Assembly (NCBI RefSeq): GCF_006345805.1
Contig: NC_043000.1
Location: 97,464,001 to 97,528,000 of the forward strand
From: Octopus sinensis
Lineage: Eukaryota
DNA length: 64,000 nucleotides
Direction: 5' to 3'
Positions 24,458-38,775 of the stretch are shown here, in pieces. Position 1 is the first letter of the stretch. Each line of letters starts with the position of its first letter. The position numbers were made by a program, and so were the translations under genes. Under the pieces are notes generated by a model that made no database searches, was not told where the DNA came from, and saw only the letters and a list, made by a program, of their open reading frames with translations.

Positions 24458-25308
24458 TCCTTCCTTCCATCCTTTCTTTATTCATTCCTTCATTCATTTA
24501 TTCCTTCCTTCAGTCATTCATTCCTATCCCTTGACCGTGTGGTCGTTGGGACATTAGTTGATGACGTCGCAATTAGATTTGTTTGTTTGTTTATGTGTGC
24601 TGGGTGTGTGTACGTGAAACTTTATATAATTTCACATGTTCTTCAGTTCTTTAGTTTGTTTCCGCCATTACTGTTAACCCCAGTCCAGAATACCATTTTC
24701 ACCGATTAAAACTATATATGATATAATGTAACTGAAACAAAGAACTTAGATCATAGAAGGAATAAACAATACTAGAATCTTAGAGTAAAGCAGCGATGGG
24801 GTTTGTAACGCTTTCATTTGAAAGTTACCGCCATGCAATCCCAGAACAACAAATACCCGCCAATAAGCAACTGCGTAAATGACCAAGAAATGCCATCATT
24901 TGACAAATACAGACAATTCAAAACCAAAACTGAAGATATTAGTCACCTGAATGCCAGCTGTGAAACAGTGTAATAGAGATACTACCATCCCACAAGAAGT
25001 AACTTGGAAGCCTAAGGAATCTGGAATAAAATAAATAAAAATAACAACACATTGAGATCGACGGATCAAAAGACTATCAGTGGAATGTAAAAATGTAATA
25101 AAAATAAGCAGCAAGCAAAAATTGGAAAGCGACTGATCATGCTATAAACGTACTCTTTAGAAGAAGTCGTCTGCTGTTTTAGCGTCAATGTCGTTGTTGT
25201 TACTATTGTTGTTGTTACTGCATTTGTTGTTGTTCTTTAGACCCAAATCAGTCCAAATTGAGCAGAACTATGATCAAAACCATGTTAGGCATACTATCCA
25301 TCATCTCT

Positions 25309-25362
<54 letters not shown>

Positions 25363-25679
25363 CTCAATCTCTCCCTCTTCTTCCCTTCAAACAACATATA
25401 TTCCAGAATGCAAGTTTAAGGCGATAGGGTGTGATTTGGTGGAGATTTTTACTGTTATTTCTAGCAAGCCAAACATCCATTAAGACTTTCTCGCATTACC
25501 TCTATGTCAATGTGGTAAAAAGTAACAGCAAAAGGATGACCTGTATTGATCACTGATGTGTACTTATAATATACTATCAGTTTTGGTATCTACTGTATCA
25601 CGGTATATACCAATCAGCCTGAATGAAAGTATAGCTGAATTCAATTGGGATATGGTGAAACTAACGTAGCTCTATAACA

Positions 25680-26245
25680 TTGGGTCGTCCGGAAAGTTCG
25701 TGCCGATTTATAGTAGCTTAACTTCCGACTTATTTTAGAACATGGTCGAGTCCATAAAATAGGATTTGACTACACCTCCATTTAGAGCACAGTTTAAGCT
25801 ATCTTTCGTGGAAGAAGGTTTATGTTCCTATAACCTGTGTTAATTCTGTAACCATTTAAAATGGAAGATAAGAAAGTTCATTTTCGGCACTTGATGCTTT
25901 GAGAACCAGACAAAAACTGCTGCAGCTCGGCTGGGATGTGTTACCCCACCCTCCATATTCACCAGATATTGCTCCTTCGGATTTCCACTTATTCAGGTCT
26001 CTGTAGAATAGTCTTAATGGTAAAAATTTCAATACCTTGGATGACGTAAAAAGATACCTTGGTGAATTCTTTGCCATAAATCCACCTCAATTCTGGGAAG
26101 AGGGTATTTTCAAGTTAAAGGAAAGATGGCGACGCATTGTGCAATAAAATGGTTCATATTTGGTTGATTAAAAATGTAATAGCAAGTATTTATTGACCTT
26201 TTTTCTAACCTTTAAAAATCAGCACGAACTTTCCGGACAACCCAA
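25680..26245 (+). mobile_element. Internally deleted mariner element
   Basis: TIRs ttgggt(c/t)gtccggaaagttcgtgc; TA on the right; MEDKKVHFRHLML fused to LGWDVLPHPPYSPDIAPSDFHLFRSL. Confidence 0.95.
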
Positions 26246-26796
26246 TACATGTCCCACAGATTATTATCGTATCTGGGACAATAAAGATCTACAACACTTC
26301 TTAAAATGTATATGACAAATTACAAGCCAAAGGACATTGTAAAGAATATGATAATCTGTTACATTTTCTTTTGTTACTTCGCAAGTGTCCAGTTAAATTA
26401 AACACTAGTTATTCAATCATTCACGCAATCACATGTGCATTAGCGTATACACACACATAGTCACGCACAAACACACATAAGCATACACATACAGACATGC
26501 AAACATACACACACGAACATGATTAAACATGCACACTTGTGTACTAAGATGACATACCCACTATGTAAGTAGCTTTTCGAAACATGCATCGATGTACATG
26601 TACGCATATATTAACCGATATACTTATCCACAAATCACAGGAACTGTTTCAAGTCACAAAAGTCTTGTCACGTTGTTTGTAAATTATGCAAAATAAAAAA
26701 AAGTTCAATAAAAAAAGTACATACAAACAAACAAGCAAACATACATACATACATACATACATACATACATACAAACATACATACATGCATACATAT

Positions 26797-27258
26797 TGAA
26801 TGTCGCATCATATCCCTTCGGCAACATCTTTTAACCACCAAGTGTCGAAGTACATCCCTTGACCAAGTTTACATACATGAAGCTGATTACATCATAAGAC
26901 TTGGAAGGCACCTCCTTGAGCAACATTCTTTGCCTGATAACCTAGAATACATGCCCACAGAAGTCGTACGATTCTACCGCAACGTATCATCAGATGAAAG
27001 GATGAGACTATATGAGCAGAAGACTATGCATGGGTATGTTAGTAGAAAGCTCCGAGGTGATAGTAACATCGATCATCAAAACAGTCTATCGTGGACCAAT
27101 AGCAGAATTACTACTTCTCATTTTGAAAGGTATGCGTTTGCAATCCCGGAACAGGAAAATTCAACCAAGTACCTGATGCACAAAAGAGACAGAGATACAG
27201 GAAAAGCAGTAAAATGTGGCAACCGATGCAGACTTTGCGGAGTTAACACCAAAGATAT
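26797..27258 (+). mobile_element. RLE-type (R4/Dong-like) LINE internal fragment
   Basis: KTMHGY...W...SHFERYAFAIPEQENSTKYL...CRLCG precedes the CCHC knuckle; (TACA)n on both sides. Confidence 0.8.
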
Positions 27259-27889
27259 ACGTACATGCATGTATGCATGCATTCAAACATGCATACATAC
27301 ATACATACATACATACATACATACATACATACATACATACATACATACATACATACACACACACACATACATACATACATACATACATACATACATACAT
27401 ACATACATACATACATACATACATACATAATTTGTCGTCTAAATTCCCGACGGTGGAACACCGTCACTTCGTTAGAGACCAGCTCATTCATTACTGCAAA
27501 TATTTGATAAGTAAGAAGAGAACATTTGTGAAACATAGCAAAATATAGCCTAAAGCAGATGAATATATTTAATTCTGTATCTCTAGTCTAAAAACATTTA
27601 GAAGTGGTATCGGTATCACATTTCTAAGCCTAATTCCCATTAGCTATATTAATGATCGCTGAGTTCAATTCCCGACATCTCCAGAAGATTTGGTGTTTAG
27701 TTATGACTATATAATCAACATTTCACTTTGCAGCTCCGTGAGATTTAGTGCGATCCACAGTACGGAACTTTGGGTAAGCGTCTTCAGTCATAGCATCGGG
27801 TTGACCAAAGCCTTGTGTAGTCCAGTTTAATTATCACAACATAGTTCTTGATGGTATACTCTGTTGCAAGTACTTGGGCCTTTTGAAGG

Positions 27890-28140
27890 CGTGTGGCATA
27901 TTGGTTAGGGGATTCGGCTCACGATCTTACGACCGTGAGTTCGATTCCGGGCGGTGTGTTCAGCAAAACACTTTATTTCACGTTGCTCCAGTCCACTCAG
28001 CTGGCAAAATTGAGTAGTACCTGTATATCAAAGGGCCAGCCTTGTCACGCTGAACCTTCCCTTAAGGGATTGTGGAATGCTTAACCACTTGTGCGCTAAT
28101 TTCATGAGCAGGCTGTTCATGTTTATCGGATCAACATGAA
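27890..28140 (+). mobile_element. tRNA-derived SINE family C
   Basis: A-box tggcatattgg, B-box gagttcgattcc, core cactttatttcacgttgctccagtccactcagctggc. Confidence 0.8.
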
Positions 28141-28523
28141 CAGTGTCAATACTTGGGCCAGATCTCCGGCTTGAGGATAAAATCCCAAGTTCGTCCCACC
28201 AATCACGAAGACTCCAAAAAAAGGAATATGAGTAATTCTTTTATTTCTCTGAATAGACTACTTATAAACAGTCAGGAAGAACTTGCAAATCTTATAGGTA
28301 CTTCCTCACATCTAACTAATTAATAATTCATGAGTCAACATGAGTGATAGCTCAACTTGCCAGAATACAGTAACCAAATCTCTCTTATGTCATACGCTCT
28401 TGCCTTCAAAAGATAAAAGAGAGAGAAAGAGAGAGAGGTAGCGAGAAAGAGAGAAAGAGAGAGAGGTAGAGAGAAAGAGAGGAGAGAGAGGAGAGAGAAC
28501 GTGAGCGGGAGATTGAGAAAGCA

Positions 28524-28900
28524 TACGTGATCTGATCAGTAAGTATCCGGACTGTTGCCATAGTAACGAATCTAAAGCATGCAGGGTGAAGCTGCTTAGC
28601 ACAGGTTGAGATCGAACTCTGTTGTGCATGCGCACAAAGTTTTAACGTTTTAGCTCACTTCTGCTGTTTACAGTAGTGCTTGGGAGGAAGGTGTGAAGCG
28701 TGTAATCGTCGCATTAACACTGACAGAGGAAGCTGGGCAGAGAATTTGCTCAGAGGCCTACGCAAACTTTTCAAAAAGTTTTCATCGTTCTCAACACAAT
28801 TAAGGAAATCTTGTGCAATTGACACCTGTGTGTAATGAAAGGTATATTGTGCCAAAAAGCAAAAGACAGTATTATCACCGCTGAAAATGTCTTTGGTCAT
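28524..28900. mobile_element. Mariner relic: left end on + joined to an inverted central piece
   Basis: TA-cgtgatctgatcagtaagtatccggac TIR-like end; TEEAGQRIC start on +; minus strand QVSIAQDFLNCVENDENFLK. Confidence 0.6.
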
Positions 28901-29089
28901 AGATTTGCTGAACCCTAGCTAACCTGGGATTAAACAACAACAACAACTGATACTGTGACAGCAACAACCAGATCCTCTCAGCGTTAACCTAGATGTTACT
29001 CAGCTTTCATGGAATTCAAACTCTGCATACGCTCTTACTCACTCATATCGTTTCTATATATCTTATATATATATATATTTATATATCAA

Positions 29090-29320
29090 CACCCGGGCGT
29101 TATTTTCTCGAGTCGCAGGACTCAATTGGTCGGTTACTCGGTTTTCATGGCATTTAAGTAACCAAGTTCATTCCAGGGTTACTTTTTTACAGTTGAGTGG
29201 ACTGAGGCAACATAAAAATGAAGTCTTTTGCTCAAGAACATAACGCAACACGCAGCCCTAGAATTGAAACCGTGATCGCAAGATCGTAGGCGCAATGCTC
29301 TAACTATTAAGCCACGCGAA
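29090..29320 (-). mobile_element. SINE, family C-like head and core
   Basis: ttttgctcaagaacataacgc; agttgagtggactgaggcaac. Confidence 0.6.
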
Positions 29321-29374
29321 TTCACTTATATATAGAGTAGTACAAAAATTACTTTCTATTTTGGGTTTGATTGC

Positions 29375-29610
29375 TTCTGATTTTTTTTTCAACTTCATAT
29401 GGGATTATCTTAAAGACGGTATTTTTCTAAATAATCCTAAACGCTCCAAAAACTGAAGAATAGTATTCGACAAGAAATTACAGCGTTGGAGCCAGATTCA
29501 TTACCCGCTGTCATGGAACACTGCTCAGCGAGGGTTCGACTCTGCCAAGCTGAAAATGGAAGGTATTTGAGGGTGTTATATTCCACAATTAGTTCAAAAT
29601 AATTTCCATG
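29375..29610 (+). mobile_element. Tc1/mariner transposase C-terminal fragment
   Basis: DFFFNFIWDYLKDGIFLNNP then NSIRQEITALEPDSLPAVMEHCSARVRLCQAENGR (cf. DFFLWGYLK..VY; C...NG.H). Confidence 0.7.
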
Positions 29611-29824
29611 ACCCCAAAATAAATATATCTAACGGGAAATTTTTCTTCGCGTTTTAGTTAAAAAATAGAAACAAAAATCATTTGTCTTAAAATGAAAAAT
29701 GACTTTTGCGTAATATTGTATAAGCATGATAGTGAATTAAATTTGAGAAATACGAAAATCCTTAACATTTTTCACATCGGCAATGTGACTAGTAGAAGTA
29801 GTAGTAGTTGTTGTTGTTGTTGTT

Positions 29825-29859
<35 letters not shown>

Positions 29860-29986
29860 TGCAGCAGCAGCAATAGCTGAAGTTATTTTTATTGATGCTG
29901 TATGTGGTGTAGGTGGTTATGGTGCATACCACATACATACATAAATACATTATATACATACGTGTGCGTATGCGCACGCGCGTCTG

Positions 29987-30018
<32 letters not shown>

Positions 30019-30037
30019 CAGGCATTATATATATACA

Positions 30038-30084
<47 letters not shown>

Positions 30085-30794
30085 TTATATATATATATAT
30101 ATATATAATGCATATATATGCATATATACTTGGAAATGGATGCGTGGCGTTCGATAATATAATAATATAAATGATATATAAATATATGCAAATATAGATA
30201 CATGTATATATATACCTACATCTATATGTATATATACATGCATATATGGGTACAGGACTTTAAAAAAAACGTGAAGAAAATGAGAAACGAGAGCATAAAA
30301 AAAACAAAAACATAGAAAACGAACTTTTTTTCGAACAACGATATAAACAGAGAATCGAGACAGACGACATATATGTATGTCACATTGAATATGTTTTTTC
30401 TAGTATAGCCCCGGGCCGAGCAATGCCTTGTGAGTGAATATTTCAGGCGGAAACAGTGAGGAAGCCCGCCGTGTGTCCGTGTGTGCGTGCGTATTAGTAT
30501 GTATATGGTTATTTAGTTTTATTTCAAGATTTCATGCCAATAGAGAGCTGAGTTCTAACCTAGATCCAAGGCTCCTTCACCAACAGAGTATTTTTGTATG
30601 TATGTATGTATGTATGTATGTATGTATGTATGTATGAATGTATGTATGTATGTATGTATGCATGTATGTATGTATGTATGTATGAATGTATGTATGTATG
30701 TACGTATGTATGTTTGTATGTATGTATATGTGCATGTATATGCGTAGATTTGTATGTTTTGTTTTTATGCATGTATTCTCATGCATGTAATTTC

Positions 30795-31085
30795 AAGTCT
30801 AGAGATGCTCATTTATACTTAAATGATAAACTTCTGGGAAGTTTTACAGATTTTTACAGTTCCAGTGATGGCTTTAAACTGTAGTCTTCGAATCAGTTTT
30901 CTCCTTCCTGGTTTTGAGAAGCCTAATTTCTCAAGATTAGTATTTAGGCAGTGTGTTACATATCCCAGTGCCCCAGTAATTACAGGTATAAACCTGAACT
31001 CGTAATCTGAGCAGAGTAGCTGTAGATTTCTGAATAGTTCGGCGTAGGTATTTTCTTTTTCGCTGAACTTTATCTTTGTTAAAAT
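30795..31085 (-). mobile_element. RLE-type LINE 3' end with (CATA)n tail
   Basis: EKENTYAELFRNLQLL..YEFRFIPVITGALG..GTVKICK; followed on minus by (CATA)n at 30594-30730. Confidence 0.85.
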
Positions 31086-31099
31086 CTGCTGGGCAATGT

Positions 31100-31480
<381 letters not shown>

Positions 31481-32028
31481 TGTGTGTATATATTTCAAAG
31501 TTACGACGTTGAACTGGGTCGGCTAGCTGAGCACTGGTTCGAGAGTTCCGGAGTTTCGAAGCTTGTGGAACCACTTCTTATCACCTATTTTTCCCAAGTC
31601 TACTTTGACCTGGTAGTGGATATCCTGTCAGGGTCCCAGCAATATGTTAACTACCATATTGACAACTAGGGAAGGGGATAAAGGATCCCTAGCTCTTGTC
31701 AGCTCTTCCTTCTGGGAGAACGTAAACTCGTATAAAAAAACCTGAAGTACATTTGGTTACTGGTCGTGTCAACTTCTGTTGTGCCATTGTTGTTAGAATT
31801 GTTCGCGGTGAAAAGTGGTTTCAAATCTGTGCAATACTTCACTCATTCAAAACAAATTCACGCGCAGGAATTTCTTGGATTCTTCATTCTAAGAAGTGGT
31901 CTTACTTGGTCACGAGTAAACTTCCACCATGTATGCATGCATGCATGTATGTATGTATGTATGTATGTAGTATGTATGTATGTATGTATGTATGTATGTA
32001 TGTATGTATGTATGTATGTATGTATGTA

Positions 32029-32538
32029 CCGTAAATCCTTGAATATAGTCCGCCCTTGAGTATAATACGCAGGGGATTTTTAGGGGCTGTACCTCTACAA
32101 AACCTAAACCTTGAGTATAATAAACCTTCTCTAACTTGAGTCGTGTGTAACTAAGCCAGCAGCACCTAGTCGAACAAACACTTCCGCGCATGCGTAATAC
32201 AATAATGGTGATGTTCTTAACTGTTATATGGGAATGTAAATATGTTTGCAAATTGTTTTTGTTATATGTTATTCTGTGTTTTGAATACCTCAATTTTAAT
32301 AAATGTTGCTTACTGTAAGTTATGGATGATTCTTTTATAACTTCATTGCTATCAAGCTTAGCTTAAAGTATTTTCGCGCCCGACATCGCAAAATGCGTCT
32401 GATTGCAGGACAGAAAATATAGACTCGGACGTTGCTAAGAAAATATTTTTCATTTTTAACCTCGTATATAGTACGCACTAGGAATTCTGACCTTTAAATT
32501 TTGGGGGAAAAGTGCGGATTATACTCGAGGATTTACAG
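32029..32538. mobile_element. Tc1/mariner-superfamily (Tc2/pogo-like) MITE
   Basis: TA|CCGTAAATCCTTGAATATAGTCCGC ... GCGGATTATACTCGAGGATTTACAG|TA. Confidence 0.85.
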
Positions 32539-32551
32539 TATATTTGTTTAT

Positions 32552-32588
<37 letters not shown>

Positions 32589-32589
32589 G

Positions 32590-32800
32590 AATAAATTAAT
32601 GTATGTGCATGGGTCTTTCTCGCGCAGAGCTGGACAACCAGCTTTGGTCCTGTTTACATGCTCGTTTCGACAAAACAGATCGATAGAATAAATACCAGAC
32701 TTAAAATATAAAGACTGGGGCCGATTAGAACGACTAAACCCTTCAAGACATTGCCCCAGCGCGGGCACAATCAAATGAGTCGCATAAGTAAAAGAAAAAG
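32590..32800 (+). mobile_element. SINE family A-like 3' part (degraded)
   Basis: cgatagaataaataccagac..cgactaaacccttcaag..cacaatcaaatgag. Confidence 0.55.
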
Positions 32801-33253
32801 TGTGCGCATGCGTATGTGTGCATGTGTGTGTGTGTGTATGTATGTGTGTATGTATACACACGCATGCATATATATATATACACACACACACACGTACGTA
32901 CGTACATACATATACATGCCTACACATATAGCATCATATACATACTTCTACACACACATATACGTCTATACATATACGTACCTATATATTAACATCATAT
33001 ACATACTTAAACACACACACTCACATAAACATACATATTTATGAACTATGTCTGGCTGTCAATGTCTATATATCCCTTTATTCATCAGTATTTTAATTTA
33101 TAGCAAACGTTTCTGTGTTTTTTAACACGTCAGTTTGTGTGCATTTTGCCGTTGAAAGCACACACACAAACCGCACACTTATACACATATACAAATATAC
33201 ATGTATATGTATGTGAGTGTATGTGTGTATACATATGTATATTTGTGTGTGTG

Positions 33254-33284
<31 letters not shown>

Positions 33285-33339
33285 ACATACAAATCTACAT
33301 ATATATTTATTCTCAATCATTATTACGTACATATCTACC

Positions 33340-33600
<261 letters not shown>

Positions 33601-34434
33601 AGACGTGTAGATGTGTGCCTCTGTGTGTGGGTGTGGGTATGGTGTGTGTGCGTGTGTGGGTGTGTTTGTGTGTGTGTGTGTGTGTTTGGAGGAGGGTCAG
33701 GTAGCTAGATAGGCTGCGCCAGCTCATTAAAAATAAGACTGCATATATTGTTGTAAAAGAATGTTTTCTCGTCGTTTCGACAGTTGGCTGTCAAATAGTT
33801 ACCGTTGCAATCCAAAGATAGGGCGGTCTACGCGCACTCACACTCACATACACGTACATAAACGCATACACACACACACACACTTCTGCGCTCCTGTATG
33901 TGTATGTGTGTGTATCTATGCATGCGTATCTGTGTGCACATGTATACACATACACATTAGATTTCGTTTTTGTACTGTTCTCTGTAATTACCTTCTAATT
34001 TTAAAAGTCTTTTTGTAGTATATTTTCATTTTTTATCTTCATTTCTATTTATTTTTTACGTACATGTATGTACATAATGGAGAAACATTGACAAAGACTG
34101 AATGTATTTAGGTTAGACGTACTGTGGTTACAAATATGAGCAGACGACAACTGAAGGAAGGCGAACGAACGACAAAAAAGAACAAGCACAACAAAATAAA
34201 CGAGTGAAAAATATTCATGAAGAGAGCAATTCTGAACACAATAAAACTAATTACAAATAAGCTTACCTATTTTTGCTTTGTTTCTTGTTTTCGATCTTTC
34301 GTCTGTTTTTTTCTTCCTTTCTTTGTTTCATTCACTTTTTCTCTCATTCCGTTAGCTTTTTTCTTTCACTTTTTATTCGTTTTTTTATGTATCATCATTT
34401 ATTTCTTTTTTCCTTTCCTACATTCTTTGTTTCA

Positions 34435-34703
34435 CTTTTTCTTTCTCTCTTTCAACCTTTCTCATCTATTCTGCGTGTCTTTCATTCTTTCTTTTGTGTT
34501 GTCGTTCTTTATGTCATTCATTCATAAATTCTTCTTTCCTTCTTGTCTTTCATCAACTCTCCTTTTTTCGTTCATTCTCTTTTCATTTTTATATAACCCT
34601 TGATTCTTTCCCTTTTTACGAATTCGACCGTTATTTCTTTATTTAAATTTCTATTTTTTATTTCTTCATTTATTTATGTATTGGACACATTCCACCATAT
34701 GTC

Positions 34704-34766
<63 letters not shown>

Positions 34767-35098
34767 CTCTCTCTCACTTTCTCAGCCCGACATTTAGCAT
34801 TTCTTTTCTTTTTCTCTCTTTCAACCTTTCTCATCTATTCTGCGTGTCTTTCATTCTTTCTTTTGTGTTGTCGTTCTTTATGTCATTCATTCATAAATTC
34901 TTCTTTCCTTCTTGTCTTTCATCAACTCTCCTTTTTTCGTTCATTCTCTTTTCATTTTTATATAACCCTTGATTCTTTCCCTTTTTACGAATTCGACCGT
35001 TATTTCTTTATTTAAATTTCTATTTTTTATTTCTTCATTTATTTATGTATTGGACACATTCCACCATATGTCCTCTCTCTCTCTCTCTCTCTTTCTCT

Positions 35099-35138
<40 letters not shown>

Positions 35139-35182
35139 TTCTCAGCCCGACATTTAGCATTTCTTTTCTTTTTCTCTCTTTC
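34435..35182. repeat. 369-bp tandem duplication
   Basis: tcaacctttc at 34452 and 34821; unique parts appear identical and the (CT)n parts differ. Confidence 0.95.
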
Positions 35183-35865
35183 TTTCCTTTTGCTTATTTT
35201 CCTTACTATTAATTCATCTCTACATTTCTTACGTATTTTTTTCTTTCCCTAATTAATTCTTTCATTTCTATTTTCATTCTTTCGTTCTGCATCACGTCAT
35301 CCTCTGTCTGTTTGTTCGTCTCCGTACCCAATGTACACCCTCCGGTGTAATTTACTAACATACTTGCTCCTATAAATGCTTTTTCGAATGAAACATCTCC
35401 TCTAGTTTTGAGAAGTACCAGTTACATACAAAGAATTAGATAAAAAAAAAATTAAGCAGTTGATATACCGGAAGAGGGAATAGAGCACAAACAAATGTTG
35501 GACTGAATGAAAGATTGACTGACTATTTCTTTGCAATAAGTTGATTTCTAGAATAAATTGTATTGTCATAGGCTATCAATTATAGGGAACAGTTTTGTGT
35601 GCAATTCGTACACTAACTACATAAGTAACAGCGTTTATCGTTCACCAGTAATATAAAGTATATTTTAAAATATGTGTTCCGATGACAGTCACACGAGCAT
35701 CAGAAATATGAATTAACTTCTGTTTATCCTGTTCATTCTTCTTTAGCTCAAGAAATGTATTAGGTTCATTTCCTGTACTAACCAAATGCACCGCTAAATA
35801 TTATAAACTGCGTGATGTTAATCTGGTAAATTGAATTTCCATATATGCATGTACGTATATATTTA

Positions 35866-36645
35866 TCTATATCTATAGATATAGATAAATAACAGTCCTT
35901 GGACGAAAATTGTATGTACATTTTGCTTTGGCGGTTAATGGCGGCCAAACCGAGGTTAGGATCGAGCTGAAAATTGGCAGGGATACTAAATGCGTGATGA
36001 GGATGAGACCCACGATGGTTTAAATTCGCAAGCTATAAAGATGTGGTTGCTATGGCAAAAAGAGTGATGTTTTTATCGATTCAAGGGTGCCTAGAGCCCC
36101 TCTAGGTTTGTGCGATTAGCTTTTAATGCCCACCGGCATGCACTGCAGGCTGTTGTGCTTAATAAACATACATTTTGTTGCGAAATTCCGGCTAATAGGA
36201 CGCGATTTTTCATTGTGAAAAAATGAGTGCTTTTGTTAGCTTTTCTCTCCAAAAATATAGCTCCCTTTGCTGTTGAAAAAAATAACCTCGCAGAGGGGAA
36301 GTTTCAACATCTTCCTTCAATTTCCTTACACCATTTATGTGGCTGTTTCTGACAAGAAATTTCGCTTTCATGTAAAACAACTATATTTTGTAGTCATTAT
36401 CCGTAATCTATTCCCAAAACACTTCAGTAGCTCTACTTTACATCGCTTGCAAACTTATATGTTCTATGATAATCAAAGTGCAACGACCTCCACAATAACC
36501 AGCCTTCAATTTGATTTTCTGTTCCTAGGTTAATTGGAAACAGATTGCCATGCTACACATAAACCTTCTCGGTAGTTCAACTATTTAGTGAAAAAAATAC
36601 CACGAAAGCAACTTAAACCGTCCAAAGAGCGGGTACATTTGCTAG
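35866..36645 (+). mobile_element. Probable non-autonomous Helitron
   Basis: a^TCtatatctatagatatagataaat start; ccg..cgg(g) subterminal hairpin at ~36618-36633; CTAG^t at 36642-36646. Confidence 0.5.
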
Positions 36646-36687
36646 TCTATATATATACTTTTATGATGTGTACATATGTATAGATGC

Positions 36688-36830
<143 letters not shown>

Positions 36831-37383
36831 CGCGTGCGAACACATGTACTAGACGAGTACTAAATCGATATAACGTTTTGCTTCCCCCAAAACGATCAGA
36901 AGCGACCACTCCTTGATCGATATAGATAGTCGCTGAGATTACATATAAACAACTCAATTTTCCTCTTAAGTGCATGGATAAGTAAACTTTACATTAAAGT
37001 TATTTGGAGTCTGTTCGAACTTCCTTTCGTTTGCCCAGCGCAGATACAGAAGTAAGCTAACATCAATATCGCTTATACCGATCATTCCTCTCGGAAATTA
37101 AAATGCAATCCATGCACTTCTTTGAGTGCATTTGTAGTATTCACCAACAAATTTACAATGCTTATGATTGTTATTAAGATTTGCATTCTTCTAAATAAAC
37201 GATACACGAACCTCATTGGTTTTTTTTCAATATAACTAAAATCTTCCCGTCAGGCAATCAAGTCTCAAATATATTTCTCCATGCAACATTTTAAAAATTT
37301 TCTATGAAATTCATTTAGTATTTTGATTCAGCCATCTTTTTTTTCTGTCAAATCCAAAAGGTCTGATTTTAAATTTAAAGAAT

Positions 37384-37425
<42 letters not shown>

Positions 37426-37453
37426 TCATTTTAAAAACAGGCCCTTTTATAAT

Positions 37454-37502
<49 letters not shown>

Positions 37503-37685
37503 CAATAACATCTTTTATTTATCTCTGTTTCTCTGCTTTTTCAATGATGTGTGAAACTAATAGTTGCTTCTTTGGCACAAAATGCAATTTATTAGCAGCA
37601 ATCAAGCATGTATTAATGTGTTTGATAAATCAAGGAGTACTACTATATAGGCCATGGCAAGGATTTATTTCTCTCCCCCCGCCTC

Positions 37686-37736
<51 letters not shown>

Positions 37737-37756
37737 ACACACAATAGCAGTAATAT

Positions 37757-37951
37757 TCTTTCTACTGGAAGCACAAGCCTCAAATTTGGGGGAAGGGATT
37801 AAGTTGAATAAATCGACCCAAGTGCGTAACTGGTACTTATTTAATCGACCCCGAAAGGATGAGAGACAAAGTTGAACTCAGAACGTAGCGGTAAACGATA
37901 TACCGCTAAACATTTCGCCCGGCGTACTAACGATTCTGCCAGCTCGCCGCC
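37757..37951 (-). mobile_element. SINE family B
   Basis: ccccgaaaggatga..gaactcagaacg..ctgccagctcgccgcc. Confidence 0.9.
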
Positions 37952-38554
37952 CTGACAATAGCAGTAATATCAACACCATTCTTAACATCAACATCTTTCT
38001 TAATATCAAAATCGGCGAAAGAACATCCTCTACACACCCGCTACTGCATTCCTATCATTGGCACTCTTCTTCAAAGCTTGAAAATTTTTTTGGCCTCCAG
38101 CAATGGCTGACACTTTATATAACTCCACAAGACCTACAATAGAGCGTTGCTACATCTGGGAGGGTGTTACTAATACGCATGCAGATATCCCGGACGGCAT
38201 CCAAAGAAGGTCTGCTTGACTGATTGACATTAAATCATTCAAAGTCTTTAGTCTTTGGTTCACTGGTGTTCTGTTTCCTCTTTCCATTTTTTCTATCGCT
38301 ACTAAAATGTCCCCGGTTCTACAGGGTATTTCTATCGTTGGACTCCTCATTCCACCGCTCAGACAACCCTGACCAGCTCGTTCCTTCACCTTTCATTACC
38401 CTTGTTGTGTTCAGCCCCTCCCGCCCCGCACTGTTCCTATGCTCAGTCTTTTCTCCCTTCTACATCATTCCTCTGGGATCTTCTCCCTGCTTAGGTCATC
38501 CCTGCTTAGGTCATCCCTGCAGATGTTGATCGCGTGTGTGAGTGAGTGTGCAAG

Positions 38555-38775
38555 TGCATGAGTGTCTATTTGTACCACCAACACCGGTTGTCAAGCGCTG
38601 GTGGCGTGTTTATGTCCCTGTAACTTAGTGGTTCGGCAAAAAGAGATCGATAAAATAAGTACCAGGTTTGAAATCCCCAAGTACTGGGGTCGATTCGTTC
38701 GATTAAAATTCTTCAAGGCGGTGCCCCTGTATGACCGTAGTCTAATCACTGAAAAAAGTAAAAGATAAAAGAGCG
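38555..38775 (+). mobile_element. SINE family A 3' part
   Basis: ggtggcgtgtttatgtccctgtaacttagtggttcggcaaaa..gataaaataagtac..aaaagtaaaagataaaa. Confidence 0.75.
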
